Below are positions 53,794-64,000 of a stretch of 64,000 nucleotides of DNA, piece by piece. This DNA comes from the human T2T-CHM13v2.0 reference genome, Homo sapiens, in NCBI RefSeq assembly GCF_009914755.1, contig NC_060930.1. One strand, 5' to 3'. The translations under genes and the position numbers were made by a program. Below the pieces are notes generated by a model. That model searched no databases. It was given only the letters and a program-made list of their open reading frames with translations, and was not told the DNA's origin. Each line of letters begins with the position of its first letter. Position 1 is the first letter of the stretch.

Positions 53794-56480
53794 AGACACA
53801 TTCCAGTGCCAGCAGGGTGGGAGTTCCTTAATGTGCACATACCGCCTGCCTTGAGTGGGTAAGGAACAGTCCCAGCTAGGCTTTAAATGTAACACCTTCT
53901 TAAGGTGGCTTGGTAAGGCATGCAGAGTGAAGGTGCAGAGGGAGGGAATGTCACCCATAGTTTCCCAAAGGCTATTCCAGCCTTTATTTGACCCCAGGAA
54001 TAATGCTTACATAGGATGGCGTGCTGATTCAAGCTTGTGGGAAAATTACCCTTTTCAGTGAGAGTTGTCAGAAACAAGACTCCAAAGCAGAAGAAAATGG
54101 AATCTGCTGTTTTTCTTCTTGTGAGTGTCTGGCTGTCTAGAAAAATCTCAAAGCCTTGACTTTGAGGATTAGCTCTGCCCAGGTGCAGCCTGGTTTTTTT
54201 ATCCCCATTAAAATCCACCAAGGGGACTTGTAACGTGCCGCAGAAATAATAGAGATGTAAGGTGGAATTTACACATCTGGAGAGCTTTTAATGAATGAGG
54301 AAATAGGGATGGTTACCTGGCAACCCTGAGTAAGTGCAAATTAATCCATTTTTATTTGCTGTCAGGAGGGCAGTTCAAGGCTTCCACTTTGTTGGGTCAG
54401 AATGAAAGCTGATGATGCTCTAGTGGAGTTTTGGGATTTTGCTTAATTTTAATTTCACCCTCATCTCTATGCTTGGTACTTATCCTGCTGGCACAAATTT
54501 GAAATGGGTTGACTCCACTATAGGCCTTTATTTGGAGCAGTTATTCTAACTCATGAATCCTTATAAAATGTTGGTGAGGCACACCAGTCAAGTTCTGTTT
54601 CTCAGTTTGAAGCCTGTGAAGATCAAGGAGTTCAGTGTTAAGTTACTCTTCTGGTGTTGGCCAGAATAAAGGCAGAATTGTCAGACTGGTCAGTTTGTTT
54701 ATGGCTCCCTTTAATTGTGCCCTGTCTACACAGGCTGTGATAGTCTCATGGTATCTTGACTTCAACCTGAAGATAATTTATACTAAGGTACTAACAATAC
54801 CGTGATACTGTTTTAATTCAATAAAAATTAATTTTTGTTAAATTTCATTGCATTTTTTTGTTACGAGTTTTTGTTACAAAAAATGCAATGGATAAAGATG
54901 ATAGTTCCTTTTGGTTTGTAAGGAAGAGATGATAGTTACAAGCAGAGCTAACATCTCTGTGCCTAATACATTAATTTTTATTAAGAAGAAATATTGTTAA
55001 TACCTTTATTTATGTTATTGTAGCTTAATTAAGATTTTATAGGTAGTATTGGTGACCACAGCTAATTCTGGGGGTTGTCATATTTTGTTTAGAGTTGCCA
55101 TATTACATGCTATAGTGCAAAGTATATTAACTTGGGTAGCAGAAGCTGTGTTCCTATTCCTTAGCCATTCTGAGTGTCAGTGTAAAATGACAGTTATTCT
55201 CGATAAGCACAAAATTCCTACCCATGTTTAAATTCTATGACTTCATGACTATGTTTAAACCGAGATTAGGGAATGATTATATCTTAAAACTAAGAGAATT
55301 AAGTACATGCATGTGTACTCTGATAGACTCTTATTTGTTCAAATGTTCTGTTTTTGGTACTTAAAAAAAATTCCACTGGTGTTGTCTATTTATTGGAGAC
55401 AGCCTGGGGGTCCTTAACCCCTGACTTGATTCTTTTTTTTTTTTTAACCTAAAACACTGCTTGGCTTTGGATTTGACTTTTTTGATTCCAGCAGCCACCT
55501 GATCAGTCCTGCCTGTTTGCACCACACCCCGCACCTCCTTCAAAAGCTCGAGAATCCGGCCCGTATACTGGGACAAGCCATGTTGGAGAGCAACACTTTC
55601 CAATATGGACCTGAATATACTTTTCCTTGCCAGAGATTTTTCCCATCAGAATAATGAAGCATTTAACATAGTTTTTCTAATTCCTCTATTGTTATCATGG
55701 TTTAAAAACAAGAATGCTTGTTTCCAGATGTCTCATTTGACAGTACCCAGGAACACATGGGAATATTTTGTAGTGGCTGACAGAGTGGGTTGGAGAAAAT
55801 AAAAAACAGATGGACACAGATTAACCCTATCTGTTCCTGGTCTAGGCTTCTCTCTGGATTCTAGTCATGGGATTTTTTTTTCTACCAGTTTCATCTCATA
55901 AGGGCAATCACAAGCTTGGCAATGAATCAGAGGAAAACACTGAGTACTGGTTCGAGCACCCCGTGTGTAAATTCATGTTACATTATATACTGCCTGGTGT
56001 TGGGCAGTATTTTGTATCAGTTGATCTCTAGATGCAAAGAGGGAGATTTGGCCTGAATAAAACACTCTTTGACCAGCCACTCCTGCTGTTCAATAATTAT
56101 AGGGAAAGTTAGTACTCAAAGACCCTCTGGGTAAATTAACATTGCTTCCTATTAGCCATAATTTGAACCTTGAATATGTATGTGGTCTTCTTTTATGCTG
56201 AACATAATAACTTTTTCTACATAAGATCTAAAGATAAAGTGGACTTCTTGGCCCCGTTTCTTTGAGTCCATTATCATGATCTCAGCCTTCTGGATCTTTT
56301 TACTCTGATTATGAGAAGAGGTATGAGAAGTGAACAGAAACAGATATCTTCCTCAGAGGGATGAGCCTCGCCATCCCTTCCTTGAAAGTCACAGGTTTAG
56401 CATATTTTTGAGGAAAGGAGGCCTCTACTTCCAACTAGGAGATGGTTCAATTCTGTCTCCCATCACCAGTCTCATAGGCA

Positions 56481-56920
56481 TGTCTTAGGTCCTACATACA
56501 GAACCTATGATAGGGATTATTGTCAAGCAATTGATTGATGGAGTACTCTCCAAAGAAGAGAAGTGAGAGAAGCAGGGTAGGGCAGTAAAGAATGCTAACC
56601 AAGGAAGTTGTCTGTCCTGGAAACTAGTTTCAGTCTGGCTGCATGAGGAAGCCTTGGGGCACAACGTACACCACAGAGATGTTCTTGACTTGAGGCAAGA
56701 GGGCTGATCTGGTCTTTTGTACCCTCAGATCAAGTCAGTCTTTGGCCACGGGCTGCCCCTAAGAAGGAATAGGGTAATCTCCTAGTCCTGTTTGGTCAAG
56801 GGCAATTACCTGGAGAAGAGGGCAACTGTGTACCTTTTGCAGCCAAAACCCACAGCAGCCAGGGCATGGACACACTAACCTAGGCAAGGTGATCTTGCAG
56901 GGCACCAAAAGAACCCACTA
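56481..56920 (-). mobile_element. LTR16C-like ERVL solo LTR
   Basis: TGTCTTAGGTC...GAAGCAGGGTAGGGCAG...CTTGAGGCAAGAGGGC...GGGCAATT...GCAGCCAAAACCCACAGCAGC. Confidence 0.7.
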
Positions 56921-58094
56921 TGGGTGGGAAGAGAGAGAAATAAGTCATGCCAAAGTTATTATAATGCAAGGGGGAAATAATTTATTCACTTCTTTTACCC
57001 AAAGCTCTACTCTTTACAATGGAATGTTCTTGACATGTATCAGAGCTTCTTCTTCTTGACAATAGAGCTGGTGGGAAGGAGAATCTTGAGCTATCCCCAG
57101 GGATTAGAGAATGTATTTAATTTGGATCCAAAAGCTTCTGCATAGGATTCCTCTGGCAATAGAGAATAACAATATGCTTGATAGCTGCCCAGTTAGTTTT
57201 TAACGTGGAGAACAGTGATGTCTTTGGGATTTTCTCTACTTTCATTTAGTTATGTCACTTTTGTATGTTTGTACATCTTGGAAGATTGCTTCCATTCTTC
57301 ATAGCTGGGATCCAATAAAAACTTCCTAAAAAGAGGCACTAGGTTCGTGTACTTATTTTATTACTTCTGGGTCTCTATTTCATAGATTGTCATTCTATCA
57401 TTTTGGTAATAGTTGGAAAATTGTAGATTCTTGGAACTTAAATATTAGTTTATACAATTTCTTAATTTCAAAAATGAGATTCTAGAGCCCAAAAGTTAAA
57501 TAACTTGTTCAGGTTATAGAACAAATTTGTCCTAGAGGGAGAGAAACTGAGCAGAAACTGGATTTGTGCTATTGATTTTGATTTGCAATGCAAATCATTT
57601 GCAATGATTTTGAGTTTTTTTTTACCCCAGTTTTCTTTTCTCATCAGTGATAACTATGAAGTAATCACTTTTTGATAATATTTTTTCACAGTCCTCTTAG
57701 GGTGAGGAGAGTTTTCAATACCCTCCTTGTAACAGGGGAACATTCCTCCTCCTCCTTCTTCCTTCTTTCTTTTACTTAAGAAGAAATTATAATCCAGTTG
57801 TTTAGATTGAAGGAAAATGATTACACCATGGTTGCCATGGTGTAGTGCCTAGCACAAATGTCTGGCATGTGGTAGAACCTCAATAAACATTGTTGAATGA
57901 ATGATTGAATAATGAATAACTTTATCTGAGGTCATTTAACTAGTTCCCTATAGTGCTGGGATTCAAAATCCAAGTCTGTTCAACTTCAACATCATAAACT
58001 TTTTATTAAATTATATTGTCTGACAACCTTATGATAAATTTTTAGGGCTTATGTTTCAAAGTAGGAAATTAATTTTATATTCAATAAGACAATA

Positions 58095-58220
58095 ATCAGA
58101 TACTACGTTTATTACCTGAGTGACAAAATAATCTCTATAGCAAATCCTCAGGACATGCAATTTACCTGTGTAACAAACCTGCACATGTACCCTGGAACCT
58201 AAAATAAAAGTTAAAAAAAG
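58095..58220 (+). mobile_element. L1PA15/16-like extreme 3' fragment
   Basis: TACCTGAGTGACAAAATAATC...AACAAACCTGCACATGTACCCTGGAACCTAAAATAAAAGTT plus A-tail. Confidence 0.8.
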
Positions 58221-58760
58221 AAGAGACAGTAACATACCTTTTTACTCAGCTTAAATAACAAGTTCATTGTCATGAGTGTGGCTACCATGTATGATTGTTC
58301 ATATTGATTGGCCCACATTCTAGCCTAGAGAGAATATAATACCTGCATCAATGATGCATTTTAAAAACCTATTTATTAAGTACCTTTTACAAGCAATAAT
58401 TTGTGCTAAATTCTTCAGAAACTAAATAATCTAAAACATGAGCTACCCCTTCTTTCAAAGAATTTATAAATATAGTTGCAGAAAAATACATCCATATCTA
58501 AAGGCTAACAATATAATCAGGTATTTTTATGTAGCAAAACCAAATGGTATGAATTGAAGAACAGTAAGACTGACTTTTCACTTCTATTCCCAACAACATG
58601 GCAGAAGAGATAATCCAAAAGATCCTACTCAAAGAAACAAAAAAATTCTGATGAAAGTATCAAAAATCATCTTTTAAAATATATTATTGAGTTGGTACAA
58701 AAGAGAGGAATGGTCAGAGCCTTAAAATTAAGAGAAAGCAGAAACCCTGGGTGTCAAATT

Positions 58761-58860
58761 AAAAAAAGGAAAGAAAGGAAGGAAGGAAGGAAGGAAAAGA
58801 AAAAGAAAGAAAGAAAGAAAGAAAGAAAAAAGAAAGAGAAAGAAAGAAAGAAGAAAGAAA

Positions 58861-58917
<57 letters not shown>

Positions 58918-58938
58918 GAGAAAGAGAAAGAAAGAAAA
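58761..58938. repeat. About 180-bp pure polypurine (GAAA)n/(GGAA)n tetranucleotide repeat
   Basis: Direct reading. Confidence 0.95.
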
Positions 58939-60099
58939 CCTCAACACCAGCTCTTATCCTAAGGGTTTGTGCTGAATTCTGGCAATCCAGAGTTTCAACC
59001 TTGATAGTGGCATTAAGGTTAATACTCTATGAAAGCATCTATACACTTGGGATTTATACTGAGCTCATGTGAACAGCTGTCTATAGAGTCAAGGACTTAT
59101 AAAAAGTAGGAAAAAAGTAGATTTTAAAGTAGTGTGCACAGTCTGACTGAAATGTCCTTTATGAAACACATATTATATATGAGAACTATGCCAAGGTATT
59201 CCTGTCTGCATAGTGAGGTTTTGAGTGATTTTTATTTTCTCTTTATATTATTGTAAATTTTCCCAGGTTTCTGTAATAAAATACTATTGTTTTTATAATA
59301 AAAAATATGCTGAGGACTTCCTACATTTGTACTTGGGATGTAGAAAACTGGAAAAAGCATAGGTCCTGCACTCATACAACCAAAAAACAACAAATAAACT
59401 AGACAAATTGCAAATTCACAATTTTTCTTAATCCATCAGAGAACTGAGCACACAGAGACTTCAAGGAGAAATGAGACATGAACCCTTGTTTATTTGGGGA
59501 TTTGGGGCAGACACAGCTGATCACTAGTAAGAAGAACCTAGCTAAAGTTACCAAATTAGTATGGCAAAATGTGGGCTAGATTATACAAACCTTTCGGGAG
59601 GATAATATAAAGGGAATTTTTATCTACTTACAGGCAATTCACAACAGAGCTCACCAGGTACTCTCAGAAAAGATTGGCAAGAGTCCTGAGAAAGTGTCCC
59701 TCATGGCACAGGCCTGGGGCAGAAAACAGCAATCTCTGCAGAAAAGACACAAAATCTCATCCAAATCTTTTCTTCTCACTGGAAAAAGAAAGCCTTACAT
59801 ATTATGTGTGTGTGGGAGGAAGTATAGCAACTACTGACATGCTTAAGGAAATAGAATCCATTGCAGTTAAGAGACATGTGAACATAAAACAAAACAAAAC
59901 AACAGCAAAAAATAAAACTTCCTCCCATAAGGGAGGAGTGAGAATAAAGTTCTGGGCCTAGAACTACAGATAGAAGAGGGACAGGAGTGTGAAGAAGGCC
60001 ATACTTTCAAGACTCATGAATACAGCCTAAGACTGAGGCTTAATCAAATCAAGAGTGAAGGCTTCCTACCACTAGATTAATAAATGTTGAGTAAAAAAT

Positions 60100-60330
60100 C
60101 TCATAAGTGGGAGTTGAACAATGAGAACACCTGGAGACAGGGAGGGGAACATCACACACCGGGGCCTGCTGGGGGTGGTGTGGGGCTAGGGGAGGGGTAG
60201 CATTAGGAGAAATACCTAATATAGATGACGGGTTGATGGGTGCAGCAAACAAACATGGCACATGTATACCTATGTAACAAACCTGCACATTCTGCACATG
60301 TATCCCAGAACTTAAAGTATTAAAAAAAAA
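60100..60330 (+). mobile_element. L1PA7-like 3' end fragment
   Basis: CTCATAAGTGGGAGTTGAACAATGAG...GCATTAGGAGAAATACCTAAT...CCCAGAACTTAAAGTA plus A-tail. Confidence 0.88.
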
Positions 60331-60342
60331 GTAACAGTAGCA

Positions 60343-61014
60343 TTTGGGTTGATTCCATGTCTTTGGTATTGTGAATAGTGCTGCAATGAACATATGCGTG
60401 GACGTATCTTTGTAATAGAATGATTTATATTCCTTGGGTATATATCCAGTAATGGGATTACTGGGTCAAATGGTATTTCTGATTCTTGATATTTGAGGAA
60501 TCACCACACCGTCTTCCACATGGTTGAACTAATTTATATTCCCACGAACAGTGTAAAAGCATTCTTATTTTTCTGCAACCTTGCCGGCTTTTTCTTGCCT
60601 TTTTTCTTGACTTTATGTGGTACACATACACCATAGAATACTACGCAGTCATAAAAAGCAAGATCGTGTCCTTTGCAGAGACATGAATGGAGCTGGAAGC
60701 CATTATCCTCAGCAAACTAATGCGGAAAACCAAATACTGCATGTTCTCACTTCCAAGTGGGAGCTAAACACTGAGAACACATGGACACAAGGGACACAGG
60801 GAAGGGAACAACACACATTGGGGCCTGTTGGGGAATGGGGTTGGGGGAGGGAGAGCATTAGGAAAAATAGCTAATGCATGCTGGGCTTAATACCTAGGCG
60901 ATGGGTTGATAGGGGCAGCAAACCACGATGGCACACATTTACCTATGTAACAAACCTGCACATCTTGCACAAGTACCCTGGGACTTAAAATACAAATAAA
61001 AATTAAAAAAAAAA
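60343..61014 (+). mobile_element. 5'-inverted (twin-primed) L1PA10/11-like insertion
   Basis: 60343-60614 is antisense ORF2 end; 60615-61014 is sense 3' end with poly(A); TSD AAAAGTAACAGT(A/G)GCA at 60327-60342 and 61011-61026. Confidence 0.88.
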
Positions 61015-61841
61015 GTAACAGTGGCATACCATTGGAGAGTTACAAAAGCATAGACAGACCCTCATTAAAATGCTATGCAAAGGAATGACTTAAATCTGAG
61101 GGTTAAGCAAGTTGAAAAAAATAAAAGCAAACACAAAAGCAGACCGAAACCCCGGTATACCAGCCTTCACCAAAAGATGAGGTATCATTTAAAGAATTTG
61201 AAGCCTCTGACAGGGAAACAATAGCAACAGCAAACTTTAAACCTACCTAATTTCTGAACAGATTGACACAAATCCCCCAAATTAAAGACCTAGCACAAGA
61301 AAAGAGGGCTTCTTTTTAGACATAAAAAGTATTTACTTCAGTTTCTACTAACCTGCACAGAATGTCTGGTTTTAAACCAAAACTTACAAGACATATGAAA
61401 AAGCAAGAAAAAAAAAACACACTGACAAAGCACTTGATAAAACCATAACAAATATGACACCGATGTTGAAACTATCAGTTAATTTAAAATAACTTTAAAA
61501 TCACTGAATTTAAAGTCTTTACTGTTAAAGGTGGGAAACATGCAAGACCTGGTGGGGAGTTTCAGCAAAGAAATGGAAACTGCAAGAAAGAATCAAATAG
61601 AAATACTAGACGTTAAAAAGAAAAAAATAAAAAAGGATCCGAGATGAAGAATGTCTTTGATAGGCTCATTGGCAGACTCAATACAGTTGAAGGACTCTGC
61701 AAACTTGAACATAAGTCAATTGAAATTTCTCAAATTCAAACACAGAGAAGAAAGAGTGAAGAAAATAAAGTAAAACAGAACAGAGCATTCAAGACCTGCG
61801 GGACAATATCAAGTAATCTAATATATGTGTCAGTAGAATCC

Positions 61842-61911
61842 AAGAAGAAGAGGAGGAGGAGGAGGAGGAGGAGAAGAGGAAGAGGAAGAGGAAGGAAGAA
61901 GAAGAAGAAGG
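61842..61911. repeat. (AAG)/(AGG) triplet polypurine repeat inside the L1 ORF1 remnant
   Basis: Direct reading. Confidence 0.9.
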
Positions 61912-62007
61912 AAAAACAGAGAGTGAGAAACAGAGCAGAAAAAATATTTGAAGGAATATACTTGAAGAAATAATGGCCAAGTATTTTGCAAAATTAATGA
62001 CACATGC

Positions 62008-62128
62008 TATATTTATTTCTTATTTCCGCTGAAACATATTACCAGAAATCTCATTACTTAAAACAACACAAATTTATTATCTTACAGTTCTGGATGTATT
62101 TTTGGGGGCCGTCATTCATCCTGCAACA
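62008..62128 (-). mobile_element. Internally deleted MLT1 (B/C/D-like) LTR with only its two ends left
   Basis: TTAAAACAACACAAATTTATTATCTTACAGTTCTGGA joined to TTTTGGGGGCCGTCATTCATCCTGCAACA. Confidence 0.6.
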
Positions 62129-64000
62129 CACACCAAAGGATCAAAGGATAGGTGCAAGAAGCTCAGAGAATATCAAGGGGGATCAAAACAACAAAACAAA
62201 AAACTTAGGTTCATATCATAGAAGCAGCTGAAACCCAAAGGCAATTAAAAAAAGGTCTTAGAAGTGACTGGGGACAGAGGGTGGTGGGAAATGACACATT
62301 CCACATAGAGGATCACATGAGAATTTAAGCAGACTGCTTGTTAAAAAACTGTGCAAGCCAGGAAACAAAGGAGTGTCATCTTTAAAGTGCTGAAAGAAAA
62401 AGTGTTGTCAGCACAGAAATCTACACTCAGCAAAAATATCTTTCAAGAAGTGAAAGGAGAAACAAAAAGACTTTCTCACACAAAAACTGAGAAAATTCAC
62501 TGCCAGCAGATTTGCCTACAAGAAAAAAGAAAAGTTAAAGAAATTAATTAGGCAGAAGGACTATGATGTCAGGCAGTAGCTCAAATAAAGAAACAAAAAG
62601 TGGAGAAATTGTAATAAATACAAGTAAAATAAATTTCTTTTTTCTTTTACTTGTTCTAGAAGATAACCGTAGAAGCAAACAATAGTAGCTTATATGTAGT
62701 AGTAAAACGTATGAACAAATGTTCACAAAAAAGGGAGGAAGAAATACACGTAAGGTCCTTATACTACATATGAAGTCGTATATTATTTGAAGTAGAATCC
62801 TACTAATTGAAAGTGTGCACCAACCCAGAAATAAAATAAAGTAGGTTGGTTTTTAGGAATAGCTATTTAACTTCAACCTCTAATGAATCTCCCTCCACCT
62901 CCATCACTTCACCCTGAGTATCTGTCTGGTTCTTTTCCAAGGTTTGATTCACATTTCCTCTTGGTTTATGGCACAGTGATAGGTGTGTTTGCCCAAATTT
63001 CAACTGATCATAGACTTGAAAACCAGGCAGATCCTTAAGTGAGATGTTAGGAAGCAATTTCCATTTAGTAAAATAAATGTGATACACTTACAGGAAGAGT
63101 TACAGCCTTTGAGAGAGCCAGCCCTGGGCTTTCTGGGACTCCTGTGCGTAAGGGTTTGAGAGCCAACATTCAGTGGGCTGAGGGATTGGTAAGGATTTGA
63201 GAGAAGGGAGGCTTTAGGGGGAGTTGGAGGTGGGGCAGAGAGTGAGAATGGTTGGAGACAGGCTTTAACTACTTCTGTCAAAAGTCTGGACTCTTCTGCT
63301 GCTTTCTTTGTGGCCACATACTTGGCAACCATTATAAAAAATAACTGAAAATAAGGTGCAATATAGTAAATAAGAATGATTGAAGGAGAATATATGTTAA
63401 AATTAGGGCAGATTGTTAGAATGAATGAAAATGGAAGTAAGATAAGATAAAACTAAGAAATAAGGATACAGTTGAATTTTTTAAATATCCTAATAAAAAT
63501 CCTAATAGAAACTAAAAATTTAACAATAATACTGACATAAACACATATTTGGAATAAAAGATGAAAAGATCAAAACCACTAACATAAACTTAATTTTTAA
63601 AAAAATGCATAAAAATAAAATAAATGGAAGGTTAAGATAAAAATCTAAAACTAGTGAAAAGTAAAAGGTATAAAAGGATCACAGAGTAAGGTTTCAAAAA
63701 GATATTAGTAACTGGAAACAGAAAAACATAGTTAAAGGAATTAATGAAAATACTTTTAAACAGAGAGCTTGACTAATAAAGAAAAGGAGACAAGAAATGT
63801 GTTACATCGGGAAATATAAAGGATATGTAACCACAGGCACAGAGATCAGATAAGTTGCGGACTACTGTGTAAAATTCCGTCCAATTATTAGCTATGTTGT
63901 AATCCGTATTATTAACTATTTTGACTTCTGCATGGCATGCCTTCTGCCTGGAGTATCATTTTTCCTCTTCTGCAATCTCTTTTCCTTCCCCTTATCCTCA

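Larger units (their letters stand above)
59313..62830 (+). mobile_element. Old L1 (L1MC/L1MD-type) 5'UTR and ORF1 remnant with nested insertions
   Basis: GACTTCC...GGATGTAGAAAACTG...CCATCAGAGAACTGAG 5' end; ORF1-like MKNVFDRLIGRLNTVE (61644) and QARKQRSVIFKVLKEK (62351). Confidence 0.65.

Noticed and set aside
58692-59072. Lys/Arg/Glu-rich 126-aa ORF (also 61644-61973 and 23349-23691)
   Set aside because: Translations of microsatellites.

Overview
This is AT-rich, CpG-depleted primate genomic DNA, probably human or great ape (AluJ/S, L1PA3-L1PA16, L1PB, THE1/MST/MLT1, MER89, LTR16C, L2, MIR). Roughly half the window is transposon-derived, dominated by minus-strand L1s at 43-4963, 27842-32966 and 38440-50940. 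All long ORFs in the ORF track are decayed L1 ORF1/ORF2 or microsatellite translations. I recognise no host protein-coding gene, tRNA/rRNA, CRISPR array or prokaryotic system, and I cannot support a claim of a new biological system. The informative signals are records of retrotransposition and repair: (1) an L1PA3-like element retrotransposed from a spliced RNA, with 5'UTR nt ~97 joined precisely to ORF1 (SpIRE type); (2) a probable L1PB 3' transduction carrying a MER45A, nested in an older L1 5'UTR; (3) a 152-bp locally templated inverted insertion and a 33-bp locally templated direct copy; (4) a twin-primed 5'-inverted L1 whose target site was hit again by a younger L1; (5) an Alu monomer-L1 chimera under one TSD. 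A speculative minus-strand three-exon model (55567-55535, 33924-33875, 26640/26634 onward) and several CpG-retaining enhancer- or exon-like islands lie in the non-repetitive DNA. Repeat subfamily names come from my recollection of consensus sequences and need RepeatMasker/Dfam confirmation; boundaries of old elements are approximate.
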